A stretch of 64,000 bases of DNA from Patescibacteria group bacterium. Its GTDB lineage: Bacteria > Patescibacteriota > Patescibacteriia > SG8-24 > DYFX01. Below, piece after piece: positions 44,761-55,189 of the stretch. Below the pieces are notes generated by a model, which had not been told where the DNA came from, searched no databases, and saw nothing but the letters and a program-made list of their open reading frames with translations. Location of the stretch: contig JBAZZB010000001.1 in the NCBI GenBank assembly GCA_041659045.1, positions 262,111-326,110 of the forward strand, written 5' to 3'. The first letter of the stretch is position 1. Each line of letters starts with the position of its first letter. The translations under genes and the position numbers were made by a program.

Positions 44761-46761
44761 GTTGAAAAAGTCGTCAACAAATCAGGGCTTGTATGGCAGA
44801 TCGCGGAATTGCTGCGTGGCAGCTGGAAAGCACACGAGTATCAAGACGTGATCCTTCCACTCGTCGTTCTAAAGCGGCTTGATTCGGTTTTGGCGCCGAC
44901 GAAGGAGAAGGTTCTGGCCAAGAAACACGACATGCCGGGCGGGATCGATCCCGACCCAATCTTGAAAGCGACTTCTAAGGTTGGCTTCTACAATATTTCG
45001 CCATACGATTTCTCAAAACTGCTTGAAGAGCCGAACCAGGCACCGAAAAACTTTCGAAACTACCTTAAAGGATTCAGCCCCAATATTCGTGATATCTTTG
45101 AGAAGTTTGATTTCGACCGTCAGCTTGAGCGCCTCGAAGGTGGCAATCTGCTTTACATGATTCTTAAGGAGCTAGAGAAAGTAGATTTGAGTCCTGAGCA
45201 CATGGACAACCATGAGATGGGGTCTTTGTTCGAGAGCTTGATTCAACGGTTCTCTGAGCAGTCAAACGAGACTGCGGGTGAACACTACACCCCGCGCGAG
45301 GTCATCAAGCTCATGGCTGAACTCGTGCTTTCGCCAGATCACGACAAGCTCAAAAAGAAACACGTCATCAAGACTGTCTACGACTGCGCTTGCGGTACCG
45401 GAGGCATGCTTTCGGTTGCCAAGGATCGTGTTTTGGAGATGAACCCGGAAGCCGATATCTACCTGTTTGGCCAGGAGCTCAATCCAGCGACATACGCCAT
45501 CTGCAAGTCTGACATGCTTATCAAGGGTGAGGATCCGGAGCATATCCGCGGCGGTGAAAAAGATCATTCAAAGGCCAGCACGCTCGCAAACGATCAGTTT
45601 TTTGGCGAGACGTTTGATTACATGTTGACAAACCCACCATTTGGCGTCGATTGGAAAAAGGACAGGGAGGCGGTTGAACGCGAGCATGACCGCGGTTATG
45701 CGGGTCGATTCGGCGCTGGTCTGCCTCGAATTTCTGATGGACAACTCCTGTTCCTCCAGCACTTGATCTTCAAGATGCGCCCGGTGCGGGATGGGGGATC
45801 ACGCATCGGCATTGTGTTCAATGGCTCGCCGCTCTTTACGGGCGACGCTGGTTCCGGTGAAAGCGAGATCCGACGCTGGATTTTGGAGAGTGACTGGCTT
45901 GAAGCGATCGTAGCCATGCCCGATCAGCTGTTTTTCAACACGGGCATCTATACCTATATCTGGATCCTCTCGAACCGTAAGGAAGAGTCTCGTAAAGGAA
46001 AGGTGCAACTGATTGATGCACGTAGCTTTTATAAAAAGATGTCGAAGAGTTTGGGTAATAAACGCCACTTCATCTCTGACGAAGATCGCGCTCGCATCTC
46101 GCGTCTCTTCGACGCCCCCAAGGACAGTGAAAAATCGAAGTTTTTTGCGACGACAGATTTCGCTTATCGCCAAATCACAGTGGAGCGTCCGCTCCGACTT
46201 AACTTCCAGGCGAGTACGGAGCGTTTGGCGCGGCTTGGGACGAACGACAAATTCCTAGAGACCAAACCCAACAAAAAAGGCGATGCGTATGATCCTGAAA
46301 AGATCCTGTCTGCGCTCGCAAAGTTTGGCGACAAGCTCTATAAAAATCGCGAGACGTTTTTGGAAGACCTTGGAAAAGTCTTAGAAAAATCTGGAGCGGC
46401 CGTACCAGCACCGATCTACAAGATCATTTGGCAAGAACTCTCGGAACGCGATGAGACAGCTGATGTCTGCATGGACAACGGCCGCGTTGAATACGATTCA
46501 GAATTGCGCGATACGGAAAACGTGCCTTGGGGTAGGGACGTACGGGACTACTTCAAAAAAGAAGTCCTGCCTTACGCGCCAGACGCCGTTCTCAATAGTC
46601 TTGTGGTTGATCATAAGGATCAAGAGGTCGGTAAGGTTGGTTACGAGATTCCCTTTACGCGGCACTTCTTCACCTATGAACCGCCTCGGCCCGTCGAAAC
46701 GATTGAGAGCGAAATACTGACAATCGAAAAGGAACTTCTCGAATTGCTCAAAAAGTTCTGA
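44761..46761 (+). CDS. hsdM: type I restriction-modification system DNA methyltransferase subunit
   Basis: N6-MTase motifs DCACGTGGML, LTNPPFG. Confidence 0.9.
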   Translation, partial: VEKVVNKSGLVWQIAELLRGSWKAHEYQDVILPLVVLKRLDSVLAPTKEKVLAKKHDMPGGIDPDPILKATSKVGFYNISPYDFSKLLEEPNQAPKNFRNYLKGFSPNIRDIFEKFDFDRQLERLEGGNLLYMILKELEKVDLSPEHMDNHEMGSLFESLIQRFSEQSNETAGEHYTPREVIKLMAELVLSPDHDKLKKKHVIKTVYDCACGTGGMLSVAKDRVLEMNPEADIYLFGQELNPATYAICKSDMLIKGEDPEHIRGGEKDHSKASTLANDQFFGETFDYMLTNPPFGVDWKKDREAVEREHDRGYAGRFGAGLPRISDGQLLFLQHLIFKMRPVRDGGSRIGIVFNGSPLFTGDAGSGESEIRRWILESDWLEAIVAMPDQLFFNTGIYTYIWILSNRKEESRKGKVQLIDARSFYKKMSKSLGNKRHFISDEDRARISRLFDAPKDSEKSKFFATTDFAYRQITVERPLRLNFQASTERLARLGTNDKFLETKPNKKGDAYDPEKILSALAKFGDKLYKNRETFLEDLGKVLEKSGAAVPAPIYKIIWQELSERDETADVCMDNGRVEYDSELRDTENVPWGRDVRDYFKKEVLPYAPDAVLNSLVVDHKDQEVGKVGYEIPFTRHFFTYEPPRPVETIESEILTIEKELLELLKKF

Positions 46762-46762
46762 T

Positions 46763-48067
46763 ATGACGAAGTATCAGACATATTCAAGCATGACTGATTC
46801 TCGTCTTCCGTGGCTTGGGGAGATTCCGAAAGATTGGGGACTAAAAAAAATGAAGTTCATTGCCGAGATTACCCTCGGCAAAATGCTTCAAAACGAGAAT
46901 TCTGGTACCGACGTGAGTAAGCCCTACCTCCGTGCCCAGAATATCCAGTGGTTTACCCCAGACTTAGATGATGTTAGAGAAATGTGGTTCGCAAAATGGG
47001 AACTGCATAAATTAGGATTGAAAAAAGACGATCTTCTCGTAAGCGAAGGTGGAGAAGTCGGTAGAACAGCAATTTGGAATGAGCAATTAAAAGAATGCTT
47101 CTTTCAAAATTCCGTGAATCGAGTGAGGGTTCATTCAAACCAGAGTTCCAAGTTTCACCTCTACTGCTTCTTTGCCCTGGGAAACGCGGGCGCCTTTGAT
47201 GCGATTGTTAGTCGAGTCAGCATTGCGCACCTCACTAGGGAAAAACTCAAAGAAGTACAGGTACCTGTACCCGAACTTTCTTTGCAGGAAAAGATCGTCA
47301 CATTTCTAGATGAAAAGACTGCCATTATCGACAGAGTCATAGCAAAAAAACATCATTTGATTGAGTTACTGAAAGAAAAACGTACAGCGATCATCAATCA
47401 AGCGGTTACGAAAGGGCTTGATCCGAATTCCAAGCTTATTGATTCTGGTGAACCTTGGCTTGGAAAAATCCCGAAAGGATGGGAAACCAGAAAACTAAAG
47501 TTTGCGGCCACTCTCAATAGCGAGGTTCTCTCTGAAAACACTGAGAAAAATTTTCTATTCAAGTACATTGATATCGGCAATGTAGAGCAAGGGTATATTA
47601 GCGAGGAGTTGCCAGAATATTCATTTGTCGAAGCGCCGTCTCGTGCACGACGCCTGGTTAAAAAAGGTGACACAATTTTAGGGACAGTTAGAACATACCT
47701 GAAGGCCGTCGCTCAGATTGAATATTTCGTCGCTGATGCTGTTGTGTCGACAGGCTTCGCGGTCATTCATTCTAAACTTCTAGATGCGAGATATCAGTAC
47801 TATCAATGTTTGTCAGAAAGATTCGTCCAATCAGTTGTTGCCGCCTCAACTGGAGTAAGTTATCCAGCAATTAATCCTACTGACCTCGCGGCGCTGACTG
47901 TCAGTATTCCACCGATGGCCGAACAGCAAAAGATTGCAACTTACCTCGATCAAAAAACGTCCAAAATCAGCGAAATTATTAAGGAAATAGAGAGATCTAT
48001 CCATCTGCTCGTCGAGTACAAATCCTCCCTCATTCATCATGCTGTGACCGGCAAAATTAAAATCTAG
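46763..48067 (+). CDS. hsdS: type I restriction-modification system specificity subunit (two TRDs)
   Basis: duplicated LPWLGEIPKDWGLKKMKF / EPWLGKIPKGWETRKLKF TRD N-termini, conserved central/terminal helices; AT-rich. Confidence 0.85.
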   Translation: MTKYQTYSSMTDSRLPWLGEIPKDWGLKKMKFIAEITLGKMLQNENSGTDVSKPYLRAQNIQWFTPDLDDVREMWFAKWELHKLGLKKDDLLVSEGGEVGRTAIWNEQLKECFFQNSVNRVRVHSNQSSKFHLYCFFALGNAGAFDAIVSRVSIAHLTREKLKEVQVPVPELSLQEKIVTFLDEKTAIIDRVIAKKHHLIELLKEKRTAIINQAVTKGLDPNSKLIDSGEPWLGKIPKGWETRKLKFAATLNSEVLSENTEKNFLFKYIDIGNVEQGYISEELPEYSFVEAPSRARRLVKKGDTILGTVRTYLKAVAQIEYFVADAVVSTGFAVIHSKLLDARYQYYQCLSERFVQSVVAASTGVSYPAINPTDLAALTVSIPPMAEQQKIATYLDQKTSKISEIIKEIERSIHLLVEYKSSLIHHAVTGKIKI

Positions 48068-48068
48068 T

Positions 48069-51017
48069 ATGCCGACCAATCTAAAAGAAAGCGGATTCGA
48101 GGAATTCATCCAGCAGTTTCTCGAAAAGACGCACGGATATCGGATCCGCGACGCCGAGCAGTACGAAAAAGAACTCTGCCTTGACCCGGAGCTAGTTTTG
48201 GAATTCATCAAGACTACCCAACCCGATAAATGGCGGAAGCATGAGGAAGTGCGTGGCGCTGAAGCAGGGGAGGGGCTTCTGTCTCGGCTCGCGACAGAGC
48301 TAAAAGCGCGCGGCACGCTCGAAATCTTTAGAGATGGTTTTTCTGATTACGGAACCAAATTCGAGATGGCCTATTTTCGCCCGGAGACCAGTTTGAACGA
48401 TGAGACACGCCGCCTGTATGACAGCAATATTTTGAGTGTGACACGGCAGGTCAAATACAGCTTTAAGAATGAAAACTCCATCGATACTGTTTTGTTTCTA
48501 AATGGCCTCCCAATTTTTACGGTTGAGCTCAAGAATCCTCTGACCAATCAAACAGTCCGCGAAGCGATCAAGCAATATCGCAGCGATCGCGATCCGCTCG
48601 AAGCGCTTCTGGCCTTCAAGCGGTGCTTGGCACACTTTGCCGTCGATACCGAACAGGCCTATCTTTCAACTCAGCTGACTGGTCTCAAATCACGCTTCTT
48701 ACCATTCAACAAAGGTTTTGAGAACGGTGCAGGTAATCCGCCGAATCCCGAAGGCTATCGAACCTCGTATCTGTGGGAAGATGTGTGGTCGCGCGAAAGT
48801 GTGCTCGAACTCGTCGGGCGCTTCATTCATGTCCAAAAAGAGGAAATTGAAGATCATCAGGGCAAAAAAACCCGGGTTGAGAACTTGATCTTCCCCCGAT
48901 ACCATCAACGCGACACGGTGCGGAGGCTCGTTGAAGATGCGCGCTCAAAGGGGACCGGTCAGAACTATCTTATTCAGCACAGCGCGGGTAGTGGAAAGAG
49001 CAATACCATCGCTTGGACGGCGCATCGACTTTCCGAACTGCACGATGCTGAGGATCGAAAGGTTTTTGATTCGGTTCTAGTCGTCACGGATCGCCGTATC
49101 CTCGATCGACAACTACGCGAAACGGTGACGCAATTCGAACAAGCGGCTGGAACGGTCAAGCCGATTCTTGAGGGTTCGGCTGAATTGCGCGTGGCTTTGG
49201 AATCTGGCGAAAAAATCATCATCACCACTCTTCAGAAGTTTCCGTATATCATTGAAACGATCGGCGATCTGCCGGGAAAGAAATTCGCCGTGATCCTCGA
49301 TGAAGCGCATTCCTCGCAATCCGGCGAGGCTGCCGCCAACTTGCGCGAGGCGCTCGGCGTTTCCGACCTCGATGAGGCTGAGAAGATTGATTCTGCGGTC
49401 GAGGAGGATGTCGAGGATATGGTTTTGAAGAAAATCAAGAGTCGCAAGGTGAAAACCGAGGCGATCAGCTATTTCGCCTTCACGGCTACCCCGAAACAGA
49501 AGACTCTCGAGCTGTTCGGTATGAAGAGTCCTCTTGATAGCAAGTACTACCCGTTCAGCCTGTACTCCATGAAGCAGGCTATTGAGGAGGGTTTTATCTT
49601 GGATGTTCTCAAGAACTATACGACCTATCGGACGTATTTTGAGCTTCTGAAAACGGCTGAGGAGGATCCTAAATACGACAAGAGTAAGGCGGAGCGTCTT
49701 CTTCTTTCGTACGTCGATCAGCATGAACACGCCATCAACAAGAAAACGGAGATCATTATTGAGCATTTCATCAACCGCATCGCAGGACGAATTGATGGCA
49801 AAGCTAAGGTGATGGTGGTAACTCGTTCGCGCCTGCATGCTGTACGGTTCAAGATGGCGTTTGATGAATACCTGCGCTTGCGGAAATCCCCTTATAAGGC
49901 CCTTGTTGCCTTTTCCGGAAAGGTGAAGGACGGCGCATTCGAGTACAGCGAGAGTGAGATGAACGGCGTGCCGGAGGCGGCGACAGCCGGTACATTCAAG
50001 GGTGATGAATATCGTTTCTTGATCGTCGCTGAAAAGTTTCAAACAGGGTTTGATCAGCCGCTCTTGTCGGCGATGTACGTGGACAAGAAACTTGCCGGGG
50101 TCAACGCCGTTCAGACGTTGAGTCGCTTAAACCGTATGCGTGCGGATAAAGATGAAGTTTTTGTTCTCGATTTTGTAAACGATACCGATGATATCCTTGA
50201 ATCTTTCAAGCCGTATTACGTCGCGACCGTGCTTTCGAAAGGCACAGATCCAAACGTCCTACACGATCTTGAACGTGACGTTCGTGCATTTAAATTGTTC
50301 TCGGCAGAGGAAGTAACCGATTTTTCAGACAAGTTGATGATCGGCTCAAAACCAGACATTTTAAACGCGATCTTGGATGTGGTGGTACGGCGCTGGGTAG
50401 ATCTGAGGGATGATAAGGTACAAGAAGAATTCCGTACCAAATGCAGAGATTATGCACGTAAGTACGCCTTCATCTCTCAAATTGTTCCATTTGAGAATAC
50501 CGACCTCGAGCGCCTTTTCATCTTCACACGCAACCTAGCAAGAAAATTACCGACGAAATACGAGCCGTTGCCGTATGAAGTATTGGAGTCCATTAACATG
50601 GAATCATTTAAGATTGATAAGACGGGAGAAACACGCATTGATCTGAGCGGCAGAGGCTCCGAATTACAACCGATGGGTTCCGGTGTTCGTGTACAAAAAC
50701 CTGACGACAGAGACATCTTGTCTCGCATCGTTGATGATATCAACGAACGTTTTGGAACCGATTTTACAATGGAAGATCAGGTGATAATCAAGGGATTGGC
50801 CGAAAGTTTGGCTTCGAACAAATCCCTCGAAGGCTCTATTCGAAGTAATCCCCGTGATGCAGCCAAAATTAAATTCGAAAAAGTCTACGACGATGAGCGT
50901 ATTAAGCTCGTCAGCAAGCATGTCGACTTCTATAAGAAGTTGGACCAGAACGATGCTTTGAAAAAGCATCTGGGTGAAAAACTGTTTGATTACATCGTGA
51001 GGAATCTTCCGAAATAA
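48069..51017 (+). CDS. hsdR: type I restriction enzyme R subunit
   Basis: SF2 helicase motifs LIQHSAGSGKS, DEAH, C-terminal domain; 982 aa. Confidence 0.9.
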   Translation: MPTNLKESGFEEFIQQFLEKTHGYRIRDAEQYEKELCLDPELVLEFIKTTQPDKWRKHEEVRGAEAGEGLLSRLATELKARGTLEIFRDGFSDYGTKFEMAYFRPETSLNDETRRLYDSNILSVTRQVKYSFKNENSIDTVLFLNGLPIFTVELKNPLTNQTVREAIKQYRSDRDPLEALLAFKRCLAHFAVDTEQAYLSTQLTGLKSRFLPFNKGFENGAGNPPNPEGYRTSYLWEDVWSRESVLELVGRFIHVQKEEIEDHQGKKTRVENLIFPRYHQRDTVRRLVEDARSKGTGQNYLIQHSAGSGKSNTIAWTAHRLSELHDAEDRKVFDSVLVVTDRRILDRQLRETVTQFEQAAGTVKPILEGSAELRVALESGEKIIITTLQKFPYIIETIGDLPGKKFAVILDEAHSSQSGEAAANLREALGVSDLDEAEKIDSAVEEDVEDMVLKKIKSRKVKTEAISYFAFTATPKQKTLELFGMKSPLDSKYYPFSLYSMKQAIEEGFILDVLKNYTTYRTYFELLKTAEEDPKYDKSKAERLLLSYVDQHEHAINKKTEIIIEHFINRIAGRIDGKAKVMVVTRSRLHAVRFKMAFDEYLRLRKSPYKALVAFSGKVKDGAFEYSESEMNGVPEAATAGTFKGDEYRFLIVAEKFQTGFDQPLLSAMYVDKKLAGVNAVQTLSRLNRMRADKDEVFVLDFVNDTDDILESFKPYYVATVLSKGTDPNVLHDLERDVRAFKLFSAEEVTDFSDKLMIGSKPDILNAILDVVVRRWVDLRDDKVQEEFRTKCRDYARKYAFISQIVPFENTDLERLFIFTRNLARKLPTKYEPLPYEVLESINMESFKIDKTGETRIDLSGRGSELQPMGSGVRVQKPDDRDILSRIVDDINERFGTDFTMEDQVIIKGLAESLASNKSLEGSIRSNPRDAAKIKFEKVYDDERIKLVSKHVDFYKKLDQNDALKKHLGEKLFDYIVRNLPK

Positions 51018-51026
51018 TAAACATAG

Positions 51027-51058
51027 AGAAAGAAGGCCTTACGGCCTTCTTTCGTCAT
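51027..51058. terminator. bidirectional terminator, copy 1 of a duplicated hairpin
   Basis: agaaggcc-ttac-ggccttct-TTCGTCATT; near-identical hairpin at 51961..51990. Confidence 0.7.
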
Positions 51059-51063
51059 TCGGG

Positions 51064-51921
51064 TTACTGACCAAATTGAATTTTGCCTTGTTCGGGAGCT
51101 GGCTCCATCTTGATATCAAGTATATCGATTTTAACAAGTCTATTGCCATAATATGTTGATACACCAGTGATATGCACCCACTGGCCCAAGAGATCTTTCA
51201 TCTTTTCTTGGCTCATGTCAGCAAGCAGCGTGCAGTTAACCGTTGCACCTTTGTTGTTTATTTTAAAACCAAAATGATTAACTGTCGCATCCAGATCGAC
51301 AGAGGAAATACGACCGACCAAACCCTCCTTCTTTTCATGCGCCGTCTCCTCCACGTTTGTATTGGCGAGCGTCTCCATTTTTATTTTTTCATCCAAACCA
51401 ATACCAAGCTGGCTAGTCGCTGAAGAGGACAAGACCAGCTTATCGTCATGCACTGTTAGCGGATAAGTGGCAGCTGCAATTCCCTTCAAGAAATTAGGGT
51501 CACGTAAGAGCTCCACCTTAAGAGCATCACCAATTTGTGTCTGCAGGGCCGGAGACATCTTTGATATCTCAGCTGAGGATTTTTCTTTGACAACGGTTAT
51601 GGTTTGCAACACCAAGCCGCACAATCCAATGCCGACTAGATATATACCAGTATTCTTATTGACGCTCTTAATTACGACCTTAATCCTCTTGCGGAACGAC
51701 CCCTTTTCAAAGGGTTCTACATAAAAAACAATGTCTCGTACAGCCAAATTTGTTCGTTTGTGCCGGATCATGCCGGCCAGCGCGATTTGCAACGCAGCGT
51801 TTATGCCAGCAAGCTCTCTAGACAACTTTTCAACTTCAATCTGACCTTCGAAGGATTGACCAAGGTAATGAAAATCAAGGTAGTCGAGTTGTGAGGCGGC
51901 ACCGAGTACGGGATTCTCCAT
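51064..51921 (-). CDS. hypothetical protein (285 aa), very low GC, adjacent to type I R-M
   Basis: no recognisable motifs; one hydrophobic segment IYLVGIGLCGLVLQTITVV; about 40% GC vs about 60% genome. Confidence 0.55.
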   Translation of the reverse strand: MENPVLGAASQLDYLDFHYLGQSFEGQIEVEKLSRELAGINAALQIALAGMIRHKRTNLAVRDIVFYVEPFEKGSFRKRIKVVIKSVNKNTGIYLVGIGLCGLVLQTITVVKEKSSAEISKMSPALQTQIGDALKVELLRDPNFLKGIAAATYPLTVHDDKLVLSSSATSQLGIGLDEKIKMETLANTNVEETAHEKKEGLVGRISSVDLDATVNHFGFKINNKGATVNCTLLADMSQEKMKDLLGQWVHITGVSTYYGNRLVKIDILDIKMEPAPEQGKIQFGQ

Positions 51922-51960
51922 ACCAACGCTTTATCACACACCCTGTATTCTATCAACTTC

Positions 51961-51990
51961 AAAAGAAGGCCTCACGGCCTTCCTTTGTTA
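51961..51990 (-). terminator. intrinsic terminator of clpB, copy 2 of the duplicated hairpin
   Basis: gaaggcc-tcac-ggccttc-CTTTGTT. Confidence 0.7.
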
Positions 51991-54606
51991 TCACGAAATC
52001 GTAATCTCCCCATCCTTCACCCCCACCTTCACCGTCGACTCTTCCTTAACGGTGCCTTCCAGTATCTGCAGAGCCAACTTATTCAGAATCACATCCTGAA
52101 TCAGGCGTTTTAGCGGCCTCGCCCCAAAGCTCGGATCATACCCCTTCTCAACCAACCACTTCTTCGCCGTAGCTGAGACTTCAAGTGTGATGTGTTTGCT
52201 GTTCAACCGCTCCTGCACACGCGCAAGTTGGACGTCGACGATCTTGGTCAGGTGTTCTGGCTTGAGCGCATGGAAAACGACGGTATCATCGATGCGGTTC
52301 AAGAATTCCGGCTTGAAGGACTGGCGCAGGAGGTTCATGACGCGGTCGTGGAGGGTTTCGTCGGCGCTCTTTTCTTCGTCGGCGTCTTCGAAACCGATCG
52401 CACCTTTCTTTTTTCCGAGTTCCAAGATTTCCTCGGAGCCGACGTTCGAGGTCATGATGATGATTGTGTTTTTGAAGTTGACGACGCGGCCTTTGCCGTC
52501 GGTCAGGCGGCCGTCGTCGAGAATCTGGAGGAGCGTGTTGAAGACTTCCGGATGCGCTTTTTCGATTTCGTCGAAGAGCACCACCGAATACGGGCGGCGG
52601 CGGATTTGTTCGGCGAGTTGGCCGCCTTCGTCGTGGCCGACGTAGCCTGGAGGGGAGCCGATCATGCGGGCGACGGAGTGGCGTTCGCCGTATTCCGACA
52701 TGTCGAGGCGCACCATGGCGTTCTCGTCGTTGAACAGGAAAGCCGCCAGCGCCTTGGCCAGCTCCGTTTTACCGACGCCGGTCGGGCCCAGGAAGATGAA
52801 GGAACCCATCGGGCGGGTTTCCTCGCCCACGCCCGCGCGCGAGCGGCGTACGGCGTCGGAGACGGCCTTGATCGCTTCCTCTTGGCCGACGACGCGCTTT
52901 GAAAGTTCGGACTCGAGGTGCACGAGCTTCTTGAGTTCCGATTCGAGCATCTTGGAGACGGGGATGCCCGTCCAGCGCGAGACGACGTTCGCGACGTCTT
53001 CTTCGTCGACTTCTTCTTTCAGGAAGCGGTGGCCCTTTTGGAGCTTCTTCAACGTTTCTTCGGCGGCCTTAAGAGCCTTCTCCGTTTCCGGCACCTGGCC
53101 GTAACGGATCTTGGCGGCGAGTTCCAAGTCGCCTTTGCGTTCGGCGATGTCGGCTTCCTGTTTCAGCTTGTCGATCTTCTTTTTACCGTCGCGGATGGCG
53201 GTGATCGCGTCCTTTTCGTTCTTCCAGCGGAGTTCCAAGCCGGAAGCGCGTTCCTTGGCTTCGGCCAGGAGCTTCTCGACGTCCTTCAGGCGTTCTTTGG
53301 CATGCTTGTCTTCTTCTTTTTCGAGCGCGCGTTTTTCGATTTCGAGCTTGGTGATGTTGCGCTTCAGAGCGTCGAGCTCCTGCGGCTGCGAGTCGATCTG
53401 CATGCGCAGCGCCGAGGCGGCTTCGTCGATCAGGTCAACGGCCTTGTCGGGCAGGAAACGGTCGGTGATGTAGCGGTGCGACAAGGTGACCGCCGCGACG
53501 ATCGCGGAGTCGGTAATGCGCACGCCATGGTGCAGGTCGTAGCGTTCTTTGATGCCACGAAGAATCGAAATCGCGTCTTCCGGCGAGGGTTCGGTGACCG
53601 TCACGGGCTGGAAGCGGCGAGCCAGCGCGCCGTCTTTCTCGATGTGTTTCTGATACTCCTTGAGTGTCGTGGCACCAATGCAGCGCAGTTCGCCGCGAGC
53701 GAGCGCGGGCTTCAACAGGTTCGAAGCGTCCATGGCACCTTCGGTGCCGCCGGCGCCAACGAGCGTGTGAAGTTCGTCGATAAACAGAATGACGCCGCCA
53801 GCGGATTTCTCAACCTCTTTCATCACGGCCTTAAGACGCTCTTCGAATTCGCCACGGAATTTGGTTCCGGCGATGAGTGCGCCCAAGTCGAGTGCGACGA
53901 CATCTTTGCCTTTCAATGATTCCGGTACGTCACCCGAGACGATGCGCTGCGCCAAACCTTCGACGATGGCCGTCTTGCCGACGCCCGGTTCGCCGATCAG
54001 CGCGGGATTGTTTTTGGTGCGGCGCGAAAGCACCTGGATCACGCGGCGAATTTCTTCATCGCGGCCGATGACCGGATCGAGTTTCTCGGCACGCGCGAGG
54101 CGGGTGAGATTGCGCGAATATTTTTCAAGCGCCTGATAGGTGGCTTCCGGTTCGGTCGAGGTGACGCGCTGCGAGCCGCGGATGTCCATCAAAACCTTCA
54201 AGACGGCCTCAGTTGTGACGCCCATCTCCGTGAGTAGGGAAGCGGCGTCGTTTTTCGTTTCCATCAAACCGAGCAACAAGTGTTCGGTCGAGACGTACTC
54301 ATCTTTAAAACGCTCGGCGATTTTGTGCGCCTGGCGGATCGCGCGGTCGAGGTTCTGCGAAACAAAGACTTGAGCGGTGTTGCCACCCTCGGCCTTCTTC
54401 GGAGCTTCAAGCTTGGCGCGTTTCAAAACGGCCGCCGGATCGATCCCCAGTTTTTTGAAAACGGAAACGACCACGCCCTCTTCCTGGCGGAGGAGTGTGG
54501 TGAGGAGGTGGTTGGGCTCCAAGACCTCGGAACCCGTCTCAAAAGCCAGGTTTTGAGCCTCCTGGAGGGCTTCGAGGGCCTTGGTGGTAAAGCGGTTCTG
54601 TTGCAT
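51991..54606 (-). CDS. clpB: ATP-dependent chaperone ClpB
   Basis: Clp N domain, two AAA+ modules ([16 protein letters not shown]), M-domain coiled coil; 871 aa. Confidence 0.95.
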   Translation of the reverse strand: MQQNRFTTKALEALQEAQNLAFETGSEVLEPNHLLTTLLRQEEGVVVSVFKKLGIDPAAVLKRAKLEAPKKAEGGNTAQVFVSQNLDRAIRQAHKIAERFKDEYVSTEHLLLGLMETKNDAASLLTEMGVTTEAVLKVLMDIRGSQRVTSTEPEATYQALEKYSRNLTRLARAEKLDPVIGRDEEIRRVIQVLSRRTKNNPALIGEPGVGKTAIVEGLAQRIVSGDVPESLKGKDVVALDLGALIAGTKFRGEFEERLKAVMKEVEKSAGGVILFIDELHTLVGAGGTEGAMDASNLLKPALARGELRCIGATTLKEYQKHIEKDGALARRFQPVTVTEPSPEDAISILRGIKERYDLHHGVRITDSAIVAAVTLSHRYITDRFLPDKAVDLIDEAASALRMQIDSQPQELDALKRNITKLEIEKRALEKEEDKHAKERLKDVEKLLAEAKERASGLELRWKNEKDAITAIRDGKKKIDKLKQEADIAERKGDLELAAKIRYGQVPETEKALKAAEETLKKLQKGHRFLKEEVDEEDVANVVSRWTGIPVSKMLESELKKLVHLESELSKRVVGQEEAIKAVSDAVRRSRAGVGEETRPMGSFIFLGPTGVGKTELAKALAAFLFNDENAMVRLDMSEYGERHSVARMIGSPPGYVGHDEGGQLAEQIRRRPYSVVLFDEIEKAHPEVFNTLLQILDDGRLTDGKGRVVNFKNTIIIMTSNVGSEEILELGKKKGAIGFEDADEEKSADETLHDRVMNLLRQSFKPEFLNRIDDTVVFHALKPEHLTKIVDVQLARVQERLNSKHITLEVSATAKKWLVEKGYDPSFGARPLKRLIQDVILNKLALQILEGTVKEESTVKVGVKDGEITIS

Positions 54607-54616
54607 GGAGTGGATA

Positions 54617-54656
54617 TTAGCACTCTCATGATAAGAGTGCTAATCCAGGTTGTCAA
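54617..54656 (-). promoter_or_regulatory. CIRCE operator (HrcA site) overlapping clpB sigma70-type promoter
   Basis: TTAGCACTC-N9-GAGTGCTAA perfect CIRCE at 54617..54643; minus-strand TTGACA-N17-TATCAT with -10 inside CIRCE. Confidence 0.8.
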
Positions 54657-54719
54657 GAACGAATTTTCACCGCAAGATGGTAGGGCCGATCTACGAAACC
54701 ACATGCAGGAGGTACGGGC

Positions 54720-55136
54720 ATGCTGGACCTCAAAGATTTCTTCGGCGAACTCCGGAGCGCGGACAGGGCCGCTACGCAAGGCTGCACTTCCACGACCAGG
54801 GCGGCCATGCGGCGCGTGGAAGCGGCGATCCTGAAGGCGATCAACAACGCCAAAGGACAACTCCGCGGACATGCGGACAGCGCCTATGCGCATATCGAAA
54901 AGCGTCGTCTGGCGTGCAAGTCGTCTTCTGAGCAGATCGAACTGCTCGGCGCCTTCTGGGATGGGTTCAACCACGGCTGGAAGGCTGAGCAAGTCACTGG
55001 CATCGACGACCCCGACTTCTGGCAGGGCTACGACTTCGGGCGTCATGGACAGATCCAATTGGATGATTCCGATGACGTTTGTGAAACCACGCTCGACTTG
55101 GACCTCGATCTCGACGACGATGATGGCTCCGGGTAG
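54720..55136 (+). CDS. hypothetical protein with poly-acidic C-terminus
   Basis: AGGAGG SD; C-terminal DLDLDLDDDDGSG. Confidence 0.55.
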   Translation: MLDLKDFFGELRSADRAATQGCTSTTRAAMRRVEAAILKAINNAKGQLRGHADSAYAHIEKRRLACKSSSEQIELLGAFWDGFNHGWKAEQVTGIDDPDFWQGYDFGRHGQIQLDDSDDVCETTLDLDLDLDDDDGSG

Positions 55137-55189
55137 CAGCCCCTCTCCATACGAGAGGGGATTTTTATTTGATGTGCTAGTATACAGTC

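Noticed and set aside
55080-55135. GACCTCGATCTCGAC-like nucleotide periodicity that could be mistaken for a short repeat array
   Set aside because: It is simply the coding sequence of a poly-acidic DLDLDLDDDD tail. Its unit length is 6 nt, with no spacer structure and no cas genes.
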